Of a stretch of 64,000 bases of DNA, positions 51,854 through 64,000 are shown piece after piece; the first letter of the stretch is position 1, and the number at the start of each line of letters is the position of its first letter. The stretch lies in assembly GCF_024521635.1 (NCBI RefSeq), contig NW_026250405.1, forward strand, positions 124,001 through 188,000, given 5' to 3'. Origin of the DNA: Tricharina praecox (lineage: Eukaryota). Under the pieces are notes generated by a model. It ran no database searches. It was not told the DNA's origin and worked only from the letters and a program-made list of their open reading frames with translations. The position numbers were made by a program, and so were the translations under genes.

Positions 51854-52822
51854 CTTCTTCGATTTCGGCTCTGACTTGAGCTCTGACACGGGTTCGGCGG
51901 GTTCGGCGGTTTCGACGGTTTCGACGGTTTCGACGGTTTCGACGGCGGCGCGGCGGCTCACTGATGGGACGTTGAACTCGTTCTGTACCGGCCAGCCACG
52001 GGGTATATGTACTCTACAAAAAAAAGGAGAGTAACTACTATAGATGGATGGATGGAGAGAATGTGGTGGTATGGTGGTGTGGTACTGTATGATGAGGTAC
52101 GAGTACGTATGTGAGGGGGTATGGATGGATGTCCTGGTGCAGTGGCCAGCGGTCACTGGTGCACTGGTGCAGCACCGCCTCGCCTCGCACCACTCATTCA
52201 TCCATTCATTCAAAGTTCGAACCCCTCCTCCAGGCCACCGTCAGGACACCGTACCACCGGAGCTGAGCTCAAGCTCGGCAGTCAAGCTCTATGACACGAT
52301 TTGCTTGCGGTAGAGTAAGGCAGACTTTCCCGGCGCAGCTGTGGTGCCTGATTCGCTCGGTTGTGGCTTGGTGTGCGTAGTGACTGTGCACTCTGTCCGG
52401 GGGACCAGGCGGGACAGTGGGACTAGACTGTTTTTGTAGGGCCCACCGAATGTGTCATATCGGTGATATGATGGTGGACGTGCGAGATTGCGGGCGGGCG
52501 ATCGGAATGTTCGCTGGAATGATGATGGCCTGTGGAGGGTGATCACCTATTTACCGAGTGAATTGAGGGGGATGGAATTTCCATGTGATACTCTAGGCGG
52601 GATGGCTGGATGGGTACATAGAGTCATATTTAGGACCGTAGGACTCGGTAGGTGACAGCTCTCAAATTAACCCAAGACCATCTGCTTGAATCCTATCCCC
52701 GTGGAATACACGAACCACATACGATGCATACGATACATAGAGTACGATACATTGAAAACAAAAGACATGATACATGATAACGCCGCCTATCCCCTCCAAC
52801 CACCGTCACCAGCACCACCGTC

Positions 52823-54026
52823 CTACTCCGGTCCCTTGATGAGCACCTTAATCCCCTTCCCGCCCAGCGTCTCCTCAAACGCCTTCTCCGCGTCCTTAAA
52901 CGCCCACCTGCCCGTGACCAGACTCTGCACCTCGACCTTCCCGGCGGCGATCAACTCAACGGCGAGCTTATAGTCTCCAGTCGCGTACCTAAAGCTGCCC
53001 TTAACAGTGACCTCCTTGGCCGCAACCTCAACGATCGGGAACATGATTTCCGCGGGCCCCATGCCCGCCTGTACGAACGTGCCTCCATGCCTCAGCGTGT
53101 GGATCGCAGCCTGAATGCAAGCGGGGGCTCCACTCGCATCAATCGCCTTATCGGCTCCGAAGCCCAATCCAAACTCCTCTTTAATCTTCTTGGCATTCTC
53201 CTTCGGGTCGCGGGAGAACATTCCATTGAACACCCCGGTGGCGGCGTACCCCTTCGCGAAGTCGAGTCTGGCCTGTACGATGTCGACCACAACAACCTTC
53301 GTGGCGCCGAAGGCCCTCGCGACCGCCGCACACAGCAGCCCGACCGGCCCGGCACCAAACACGACGACGCTCTCGCCCGGCCGCACGTCCGCAAGCTTGC
53401 ACACGTGCACACCGACGCTGAGGGGCTCGACGAGCGCGCCCTCCTCGAACGACACGTTTGAGGGGAGCTTCACGCAGAAGTCGGAGGGGAGAACGTAGTA
53501 CTTCGCCAGCGACCCGTCGTACGGCGGCGTCGCCGCGAATTTCATGTCCACGCAGAGATTGTACGTGCCCGCTTTGCAGAAGGCGCAGTGCCGGCACGGG
53601 ATTCCGGGCTCGAGCGCGACGCGGTCGCCGATCGAGAGTGAGGTGACGGAGGGCCCCACGGCGACGATCGTGCCCGAGGACTCGTGGCCGAGAACCATTG
53701 GCGCCTTGAGGATGAATGAGCCGATCGAGCCGTGTTGCCAGTAGTGCACCTGGACGAGTTAGCCGATGGACACGCACTAGGCGTGGGGGGAGGATACACA
53801 CATCGCTGCCGCAGATTCCGGTCACTTCGATCTTGATCAACACGTCGTTCGGGTTCTGGATCGAGGGGACGGGCCGGTCCTCAAAGGCGACGGATTTGAC
53901 GGATTGCAGGACGAAGCTGGGGTTCTGTGGAAGGGGGAGGGTCAGTTGGCTGCAGAGAGTGGGGAGTGGGAGTGGGAGTGCAGTGGGAGTGGGATGGGTG
54001 TGTACCTTGCCGGTGGGTGCGCTCAT
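52823..54026 (-). CDS. xdhA: Xylitol/sorbitol dehydrogenase, Zn-dependent MDR family (exons 54026-54006, 53924-53802, 53749-52823)
   Basis: NPSFVL, TGICGSD|VHYWQHG, LGHESSG, structural Zn cysteines, FAATPPYDG, GAGPVG, KGSFRY. Confidence 0.93.
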
Positions 54027-54495
54027 CGTGTCTGTCTGTGTGTGAGGTGTGGGTGGGGTGCGGGTGAAGTGCGGTAGAGCAGGGGCGGGGAGAAGTGCGA
54101 TGGCCTGGAGCGATAGAGTGTAGATATTGATGGATGAATGACCAGGCAGGCAGAGGAGGGGACCGAGTAGAGGTCTTATACAATCTCCTCCTCCCGCACC
54201 TCCACCTCCTCCCTCTCTACCACCACCTCCTCCTCCTCCTCACCGTAGGTAGTATAGCACAACACTTAGGATAAATCTCCATCGCCCCTCCATCGCACCC
54301 ATCACCGACCTCCCAACCTCGCAATCTCTGAGTTTACCCACACTATCCGTTTGCCATTCCCCTTCGTAGCCCATCCTCCACCGCATCTCATCCTCCGCCG
54401 ATGCATGTCGCAGCCAGCAGCCAGAAAACAGCCAGCTCATATATTCCCTATTCCCGCAACCCATCAACAACCCCGCCAACTACGCGTTGGGCGCA

Positions 54496-54502
54496 TTTAG
54501 CC
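54496..54502 (-). promoter_or_regulatory. Candidate XlnR/Xyr1 site GGCTAAA, ~470 bp upstream of xdhA
   Basis: Exact consensus match in the expected context, but a single 7-mer. Confidence 0.35.
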
Positions 54503-55019
54503 TAATTACCACCGCGGGGTATGCTATCGTATGCTAGTACCGGTACTCTGGATAGACTTTGTAGCTTGCAAAATGCTTGGTGACTGGCTGGCTGCAAGCT
54601 TCGGCGAAACCCCTCCGTAGCGCGGTGGATGATCTCCGTCGGTAGTTTCTCTAGTTTTGGGTAGTTTTGGGACCTGTCGAGACTCGAGAACTTCGGTTCT
54701 CGCCACAGTGGGAATACCATATGCATGCATACCATATGTACCTACGATATGTACTCGCGATAGAAGACAGGGGAATGAAGAACGATGGGGAAGAAGAATA
54801 ATCCCTCCAGTAGTATTTACATACATACAGGCAAAAACGAAACATTGTAGAGATGAAACCAGTTACCAGTGACCAAATGCCTTTACATATCGTATGCATA
54901 GATCCCCATTATCGTTCCGTTTCCGTTCCATACGTGCATAAAATAATAAGTACAAAGAAGAAAAATCATTAACTCATCCCCCATCTATCCACCCCCCTTC
55001 ACAACTCCCTCACTCACAA

Positions 55020-58000
55020 CTACGACTTCCTTGCCATCAACTCCTCCAGCACATTTTTAAACTCACCACCGAGGCCCCAAACCCTAAGACTCCCCAGGAT
55101 CCCCACGACGACTCTCAGAACCTCCTTCGCGCCGTCCTGCCCACAAACCTCCATCATCTTATCTTCGCCATCGCCCTCGACACCAATCGTAGCCCTTCCG
55201 CGTCCATATCGTATCCACTCCTCAGGGTAAGCCCTGACCATACCGGGCGGCATATTCCACGGCAATAGATCTAATCGCACCGAGTCCTCAGGTCCATGTA
55301 GCGGGTAGACACCCGACTTCATAGACGACGCCGCGGACGACGAGGGGGTAGAGTCGTCACGCGAGCGATGGTACTGAGCGAAACCCCAGAGCACCACGCC
55401 GGCAAGGAACAGTCGCATGCCCTCGACCGGCGAGAAGACCGGTTTCCAACGGGAGAGGGCAATGATCTGCGCGGCGTGCCAGGCGAGCGTGCGTGCGCCC
55501 GTCGGGTCCGACGCAAAGCTCTTCTTGAGCTGCTTTATCCTCGGATCGCTAGTTTCGGCGCCTGGTGGCGGTGGCTTGCGCGCGAGATTGAGCATGGTCG
55601 AGATCGTGCGGAAGGCGGCGTGCAGGTGCGTGTAGTGCGCTATTAATCTGGAAAGACTGCACATATAGGTTAGCGGAACTCCCTAGAGACCAGATAGAAA
55701 CGGGAAACAAACATCCAGTGATATCGATCTCCCTCAGCTTCGCCAGCTCGTGGAGTAGAGCTCTCGCACACACGCATCATACACTGCAGCAATATCTCCT
55801 TATGCGGCTTGAAGTATGCGGCACCGATAGGGCTGACAGAGAGCACACTCTCCTCCAGCTCCTTGAAATCCCACATGATTCGTCCCATCGCCTGGGCGCA
55901 AAGACGCTTCCCCCAGGAAGTCAGAATTTTCGCATCGAACTCGCCAGAGATGATGCCCTTTAGTGTTCGGTAGAACAGTAATTTGCGAACATCCGGTTCG
56001 TGTGCCAATAGCGCCTCCCATGCTGTAGCAGTGGGTGCTTCCCATAGCAGCTCGGAACAGGGGATACCAATAGTAATATCACTAATAGTTATTGCACCTC
56101 GTCGGTTGGAGAGCGTTGAGAACGAGCTGTCGTACTCGAAAATACCCCAAGCCAGCCGCTTCATGCCCTCCTTTTCTCGCCATTCACGCCATCGCGCCTC
56201 TAGCGAAGAGGCATTGAGTCTGTCTTGCGCCTGGGTTCGCTCGTTGTTCGGCGTGAACCGACCATTCGAAGGACGAATGGTGGGCGATCCCGGGGTTGAC
56301 GACGGCGACGATGACGTGGGCGTGGAGTTTATCGTTCCCGAGAAGAGACCGATACGACGAGCGTTGCCGATGATGACGCTTCGAGAAACATCGGCGGCGT
56401 CGTAGAGACTCGTCGATCCGGAGCCCATGGCGTAGAGGTTCTGCAGACACATGGACGTAAGGAAGAACGGCGATCTTCCGTATGCGGGATCATTCTCAGC
56501 CTGCGATATAACGGGTATCAGCACCACCATAAAGCAGTTTCAAAACTTGGGCACAGACCATCCATGCAAGACATCTCTTACAGAGCTCACTCAGACCATC
56601 TGCAAAGGACTTCGCATTCTTCAAGTTACTGTAACTCGCACCGATGCTGACCATCGCAATCAGGAGGATACTCGGACTCCTCTCGATGCAGAAGCTTGGC
56701 CGGTGGATGACAGGAAGGATCGGGTGGAAGTGCTCCCAATAAAGCGTGATGAACGCGGCGATGAAGTCTTTATTGGGGAAAGCCCTCTCAAGCTCGGAAG
56801 AATCACATCCAGGATAAGGCGGTTGGACGGATGGTAACATGAGGACGTGAATCATTTCCCTCCTCATCTTATCCGTAATGAGTCCCTCTTCGGTGGAGGC
56901 AGCGGCAGGTTCGGAGCCGGGATGCTGCTCGCCGTGTTGGAGCAGCTGTTCACCAGGACGGTCCGTGAGGACTTGCCGTAGCGGCGGCAGCGTCACCTTG
57001 CGACTTGCAATCGTCTCTTGCCTCATGCCGTGCTGCCAACCCCACGGCAGAAAATCAGTGGTGTTGGCATGGTCCTTCATGGGCGAAACGGCCGGCAACC
57101 CCGGGACGTGCATACTGCTACCATCTTCACCGGGCTGCTGTTGCAGATGAGGTGGGTTTTCCGAAGATCTCGGTGGGCTGTCCCTAGAAGGAGAAGGTGT
57201 CGATGCCGAAGGTGGGGGTGGCGGAGTTGGGGGTTGATCTCGGGTACTGCTGATTGCCTGTGTGATTCCAGGAGCAGACTCATTGCTTGCATTGCAATTT
57301 CCTGGTGTCATCCCCAGTGTGAACGCGGAATCGGGGAGTCGCTCAATGGTTTCCAGGCCAGGTTGGGACTCTGGCGATATCGAATCGTTGGGACCCCAAT
57401 CTCGTAGCCAATCCGTCGAGTTGTCAAAGATGCCAAAATCAAAGTAGAAGTTATCTTCCTCGTGTAGGTCCATCCCTGTATCCATCGCACCGGAATCACC
57501 ATGGTCAACACCGCTACTGCCAGGACCACCGCTCCCGCCACCACTGCCGCCTTGTGCCGCGTTCTGGCCTGTCGTTGACGAATTGTTCGTCTGATGTAGT
57601 GGTGCGAGTGATATGCCACCAAAGATGGGCGATTTGGAGAAGCCATTGTGGTTGACGTTGGAGTAATCGGTGTTGAAATTTCCCCTCAGCACCCCTGCCA
57701 TGTCAAGCGGCCTGATGTTGACTCCTGTTCGCACACTCGAGTCATCAACGATACTATTCTTCCATGGCTCAAGATGGCCAGGATAAGACATCGCGAGGGA
57801 GCCAGCACCAGAGCGCGAAGGAGCGGGGTTGATACCCTGCAACGTGTTCGCTGCGTTCAAATCCTCTTCAGCAATCCGGTTCAGTATCCCACTGTTGCAG
57901 CCTTTGCCGCTGCTGCCAGACTCCTGCCGCTGGCTCTGGGCTCCTGGACTGCGTATGGGAGGAAAGTAGAGGTGGGACATCAGGTCCCCCGAGTATCCGG

Positions 58001-59012
58001 ACTGGCCGGAACCTTGCCCCATTGGAGAGGGACGTGATGGTGTCCTGGAAGGTGTTTCCCAAAACCCGCTGGCTGCTGGATTAGGCACATGCATACCCTT
58101 GTTGGCGAACGTCGCCATGGATAGGAGATGGTCCGCCGAGGACAACTCCAGATTCGGATGTAAGTCACCCGCTGGGGTGAGTTGTGGTGATAAATCCGGT
58201 TGCTGTCGCTCGACTTTGATGGTCTGGACCGAAGCCAGTCTTGCTGCAGATAACAGGTGTGGGGATACGGCTGATGCGGACGTTTGGATCGATACGGAGG
58301 AAAGAAACGATGTACTGGAGGAACCTGCACCGGAAGGGCCGCTATAATGTGCCGTCTTCCTTCTCTTGACACTATATCCGGAGCTACCGGTTTCAGGGTC
58401 AGAGCGATCGTTATCAGAGCCGAATTCAAACAGGTCCTCTCCATTATCGTTTTCATTTTCGAGGCCGTCTTGCTTATCAACCATAGCACCGAAATCGAAA
58501 ATGCATTCGACCTCGCGTTTCCGACAGGCCTCGCACGGTTCCGCGGCCTTTTCTCCGCTCACTTTGCCTTTCCCACCTCCCGTACACTTGATCTTGAATG
58601 CTGCACATCGCCGACAACTTTTTCTTCGACTCTTGCGGACTTCGGACTTCTTCGTCTCGTGAACTGCGCGGATGTGGCGGGTTAGGACGTCCTTTCGGGT
58701 GAACCCTTTGCTGCAAGCCGAGCAGACGAAGGACTTGGTGGCGGTGGATGGTAAGTGTGTTGTCTGGTGACGTTCGAGATGTTCCGCCCTAGAAAATGCT
58801 CTCTGACACTGGTCACAAATATGAGTGGCCTTCGAGGATGGAGTCGTAATCGAATGTGGTGAAGTCCTCTGTGAGCCAGGAGCCTGAGACTCGGATACTC
58901 CAGCGGGATGTCCTCTTCCCACCGGCGAAGTCGGAGAATGTAAGAGGGAGGCGGTGCCAAACGACGTTCCATAGGGATCGGGGCTATCCTGCCCGGATGC
59001 TCGGGAGCTCAT
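55020..59012 (-). CDS. Transcription factor with two C2H2 fingers, a Zn2Cys6 cluster and a fungal-specific TF domain (exons 59012-56559, 56500-55713, 55656-55020; start uncertain)
   Basis: CDQCQRAFSRAEHLERHQTTH, CSACSKGFTRKDVLTRHIRAVH, CRRCAAFKIKC-x16-CEACRKREVEC, YWEHFHPILPVIHRPSF, IPCSELLWEA. Confidence 0.92.
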
Positions 59013-62000
59013 AGCTGAAGATGTACGGCCGCAGTAAAATCTGTAAGGAGGAGAGGCTGTGGTGCTAGGCACCATTGTAAGCTGCTGAATCGTGAGGGCC
59101 ATGGTTGCTGCTCTGGGCAAACAGGTTCGAAAGCGGGAACTTACGGAGATGACTAGTGATCTTATGGAAACCCAATCAGCCAGCCACGGTGCGGCCACAA
59201 AGGTGCTCGCGCAGGGCAGTCAGCGCAGATGGGTGTCTGCACCGTTCTTCCGTCGTCGCCACACGGAACTTTGGAGCAAAATGCAATATCCAATAATGTC
59301 GATCAATACTGACACTCGTTAACCTGATGTTCCCGTGCCAGGATACAGTCTCTAGGGGAACCGTACTGGGGCTGGGTGCTCCGATGATCCGTAGATAGTC
59401 TTCCAACAGGAATCCCTCACTCGTCCGTCGCACAGGACCGGTAGCGGAGTGGGGGGGTTGCACGGCGTGGGGTGCGTCCACCAGAACAACACGGCGGAAT
59501 CGTTACGGAAGGTCAGATGACTGCACGAGCCACAACGGAGATGGAGGATGAGACACAAGCGGCAGAAGCGTCCAGCCGTCCGAATCGAACCCCCAATATT
59601 CGGACTGGTTTGATGGAGCAAGGGTCACGGTTTATTGCCTCAAATCGCCCCGCTGATGCGTGTCCAATTTACCCAACTGAAAGGGGGCAGGATGGTGGAG
59701 AAAGAAGTCGAGTGATGGAGGAGAAGTATGTACGGTGCGAGTCTCCCGGGTAAATGTGTGCACTGTGCTGAGCTTAGACAGGTTTCCGTTTTAGAATCCC
59801 TTGCATGGAACCTCCACCGCCTGCGCCGAAAAGGGGAGCGATACCTGTTGGGTTTCCGAGCAGATGATAGGATGTGCAGCAGCTAGCTCTCTGGGCTTAC
59901 TGTGCAGTTGAATGTCCACGTTGTCACGATTCGGACGTACGCCGCGGAGTAAGGGCGATCGAAAGCAGAGTGTGCAGCAAGTACTGGCACTGCGCGTCAG
60001 CGGATCGTCTACTAACTACACTCGAACGAGCGATGACTTGGTAAGATTGTCTGGTCTGTAGTTCTGACGCAGAGGATCAAACCCAGACTGTCGTCATGGG
60101 GTGGTTGGGGGGAGGGGGGGGGGGGGGGGCGAATACCTTCAGCGAAGCCGCCGTTAGGGGCCGGTGGTGGTGGTTGTGGTAGTCGTATACTTGAGAATGG
60201 ATGCACGCAGTAATTCTCCGTTGGTAGCGAGCAGATCCTTGGGCAGTTGCCGGAAGATCGGGAGCAAGTTTCCTGGATCGAAGGGGGGCCGTTTTATGCC
60301 CCTGGACGTTCCGGCACACAGTGGACTGGATACCCGTTATCCGCGCGAATGGACGAGTCGCAAAAAAGGAAACGGGGGGAAAGGAGCAAGCATGCAACAG
60401 CAACAGCACCACCACGTAAGCCGAATTTCCGTCACGCACTGCCGGTAGATCCAGAAGCCAATGAGCTATGCGATATGCCGGCTGGCAAGATATAGCTCTC
60501 GTAGAAGCAGGAAGAACGTGGAAGGTGATCCGTCGGCTGGCCTCCCCAGATTGTTGATGGGCGGCGGCGGGATCGGACGGATGGCACGCAGGGTTTGAGA
60601 TGAAGACGGTGCGCTTCAGATGGGACAATTGATCGGTGATATATAGAGAGGTCTGCACTATGGGGCCCAGGATATTGTCTCAGGACGGCAAGGCTGCGTA
60701 CGCGACGGCGTAGATAGAGAGGGCAGACGTTGATCGCGACTTGGGCGATATGATGGGCCTGATATTACAGTGGCCACGCAGGGTCGGAGTGAACTATGTA
60801 TAGTGTTCGTGATGTGCGTTGTGCGTTCTGCGTGATGCGGGCGTGCATGCGTGTGTGTGTGGAGGCTTTTCGTTGCGAGTGATTTCGAGATGCAGGATTG
60901 TCGCTGGAGCGCACGTGTAGCGTGGACCGTACGGGTCAATCTAATTCTTGGTGGGGTGGGGTGGGGGCGAGGCGACGCTACGCTTTTGCGGAGTGAGGAC
61001 GATCCAAGCACGGGGGAGACGGTGCTACCAAGGCGGGAGCGGGGTGACGGTGGGGGACAGCGGCGGCGGGCGACGAGGATTCTGTGTGGGGTTTCGTCCA
61101 GTCTGACTCGGAACGGGCAAGGTGCGTGGGTGACAGGTGCGTGGTGTGCGAGCCTGGTGTCAGGATAGTGTGGCAGGGCCCGACGGGGTTGTAAGGCGAC
61201 ACGCGGGGGTGGTGGGGGGGAGACACCAGGGCGGGCGCGGATATGCTCTGGGGGGGATATGCTACGATGACTCTAACGAGAAATGCGAGTGGTGACACTC
61301 AACCACGGGATCAACGGGAAGTCAAGTCGGAACACGAAGCCGCTGCCGATCGCAACCGACCGCTGTCCGCCCGTATGTACGGTAGAGTACGACAGGTCTT
61401 CAGCCACGGGAGACGAATGCGGAGTATAGCGGGCGAGCGGGTGGTTAATCTGCCTGATTTCATTGTGTTACTACGGTACTGTTGAGATAAAAAACGCACA
61501 GGCAGCGCGGGCAGACAGAGAGGCGAGAAAGAAAAAACGCCAGAAAGAAAGAGCCCCAGGAACGAAGGAGAGCCAATTTTGTCTCGGCGTCCAGTTCAGG
61601 CCTCAATTCAATTTAATCAATTCCTCATACCCAACGAGCGCAAGCAAGCAAGAAGGAAGGCAAGTGGGCAAGTGGGCAAGCAGTGGGCAGGTGGGCAGGT
61701 GGGCAGTGGGCAGGCAGACAGAGCAGGCAAAGCAGACGGAGCAGGCAGAGCAGGCCGTACAATGACGTCCGGCCCCAGTTATGGTGGGGCTGCGGGCCGC
61801 GTGTTTTTTATTTGGTGAGTGACGGGGTGGGTCGAGTCACGGAGGTGGAGGCGAGGTGTTGGTTGTCGCGAAACAGAAGGACGGAGTTCGGTGTGGGGAG
61901 GAGAGAGAAGTTCGAACGAGTGGTGTGAGCACCGTCTGCTTGCTGGAGGTGAAACCCCTCGCCTGGCCGAGGGCAGTCGCCGCTAACCGCATGCGGCTGC

Positions 62001-64000
62001 TGTGGCTCAGTGACTTTGCTGTGGCCGCCGAGGCCGGAATCCGCCTGCCGGGCAGAGCCGCACAGCCGGTTTCGAATGAGCACGGAATGGCTGGCGCTTC
62101 GCTGTAATGAGCACTATGACCGCAGACGCGCAATGTAGCTCTAGAAGCCAGTTTACTCTATCTCGACTGCTCGACTTCCCGACGGACTGGCTACACCTGT
62201 ATCGCGTAGATTAATCGTCAATTGCCTTCATCTGCCATGTGTGATAGAGTAGAGTGATGGCGTGGTTCGGTTCTGCTACATAGCGGTCAGCGGTATTCAT
62301 CCGCGTGCGGCTCGTCTCGGCCAAATAGGCTGTGTTGGGGCCCGCGACAGCAAGGTACCACCTGATTGATATGTAGTTTCACCAGCAAACTCAATCCGCA
62401 TTGACATCGTCACGCTTTTTGCTACTCTGCACCGTACGTGTGGGGAGACCTTGTGTGCCGCCTGAGAACGCCGTACAAACGCAACGTCAATGCCGCCTTT
62501 CCCACCGAACATCAATTTAACCTGGCCTTCTGCCCATCACCAGTGCCCTCACACGGCACTCCCGGACGGCCGGATGCTCTTGTATCATCGAAAGATATGC
62601 TTTTCGAAGCTACAGTACAGAGCTGATGAAGCCTGATGCCGCTTCGGCCCGGTCGGCCGGATGGCTCGATTGCTCCCCACCCTCCATTATCCGTGTAGAT
62701 ACCCTGGAGTGCCGCGCCCCATGGAGCTCTCCGGGGTGGCATCCATCTCGCGCCGTATGGCTTGAGTGCCGATCCTGCACGTGGGTGATGCTTGAACATA
62801 CCTTAAAGCTTCATCGAATCATCCGCATGTAGAAGAGATCAACCGTGATGTAGCTCGTGTCGCTTCTAGCACGGCTAAAAGAAGCCTGCCTCCCGCCGAA
62901 GAATCTGTGCTAAAATCGGGCAAACCCACTGAGACACAGGCCTCCCGTGTGGCCCAAGGGCGTGAATAGGCTGATGCTTGTGCGTCTTTGTCTGGATATG
63001 AGTTTGATCGAAGAGTCTCGACGTCGGATAATGCGAAGAAGCAATGTGAAACGGCTATGTATCTCCCTGCAGAAGCGGACAGTTTCTTGAATCTCGGCAG
63101 CGCAAGCGTGTGTAGCGAAAGGCTCCCCCAGCTCGTGCAGTTGTCTTCCCTCTATGCATACCCTCGATTCCGAGCCGGACTGCCACCGATTCAGGCTGCA
63201 ATCATCCCCCTTCGAGCCGGTGAGCTCGAGACTCTTCGACAGCAAGCACGCTTCGGCAGTTCGAGGTTCGGCATAGGTAGTTAACATCGGGCCAACGGAA
63301 GCTAAGGAAATCAAACTTGAACCGGAAGATCTGAAGATCGGAGCCCCCGAATGTTCCCCGGATAAATTGTTGGTGCCGGCTCGACTGCCTTAGGTCGTCA
63401 GCTATCTCCAACAAGCTTCCTGGCGTTTAGGCCGGTAAAGGTGTCGACCTCCACAGCACGGTTGAACTCTCTCTTGAACACGAGTGCCGGCCAAAGCTGG
63501 CAGCCCTATGATCTCAGCTTTTCGATAAGAGTAGAGTCGTCCGTCCGTCTTCACCGTCGTGATTCGAAATTGCTGGCCGGCATACAGTCGCAATTGCTGC
63601 CGTACTGAGAATCGACCGTCTCTCGCACGAGCTTTCAGCGTTGGAGGTGGTCTCGCCGGATTGTCCGTCCTGTCCCCACAATGGTGAGGAATATCAAAGT
63701 CGAGATGGAGTTGGTATCTCTTGACGTCATTGTCCGTGGTGATGAAGTCGAAACAAAGCTCCGAAGTCAGAAAATAAAAAAAGAAAGAGCGGAAGCAGCA
63801 AAGCTTATGTTCTTTCAGCTGGCACCCAAGCCTCGGAATTCGCTTCTCCCCCGCACCCTTGCAATGCTGAACCTAAAAGGCAACTGAACAGCTACTTCGG
63901 TACTTCGGGGAAATCGATGCCACTCTACTTTAATTCCAACTAACACGATAGCTACCCGCGACGATGGATGCAGGCTGGCGGGCTTTAGTGAGCGCGCGGA

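Noticed and set aside
59013..59198. N-terminal extension of the TF ORF
   Set aside because: Begins at a non-ATG codon and contains a likely splice acceptor near 59041; ATG 59012 is preferred, though in-frame ATGs further upstream are not excluded.
62900..63900. Short ORFs at the window end
   Set aside because: No domain motifs or convincing splice structure.

Overview
Eukaryotic DNA from a filamentous ascomycete, judged from short GT-AG introns with CTRAC branch points, fungal gene families and long low-complexity intergenic regions. Supported genes, in order: a 5'-partial Rab4/Ypt4 GTPase; a Lac12/CDT-family sugar transporter, an intracellular GH1 beta-glucosidase and a GH2 beta-mannosidase (putative cello-/manno-oligosaccharide module); a bZIP factor; a 646-aa secreted Cys/Asn/Gly-rich precursor divided by ten KR sites; Cdc20; an orphan two-exon gene; a Bem46/ABHD13-like hydrolase; a DUF1399 protein; xylitol/sorbitol dehydrogenase; and a C2H2 + Zn2Cys6 transcription factor. 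Mobile DNA not visible in the ORF track: a ~1.35-kb TIR element, a possible transposon-end fragment inside a local duplication, a decayed LINE, and two 53-86 bp TSD-flanked insertions resembling that LINE's 3' end. The best candidate for a new system is the Kex2-type multi-peptide precursor at 36979-38919. Exon boundaries and alignments were derived by eye; no database searches were run.
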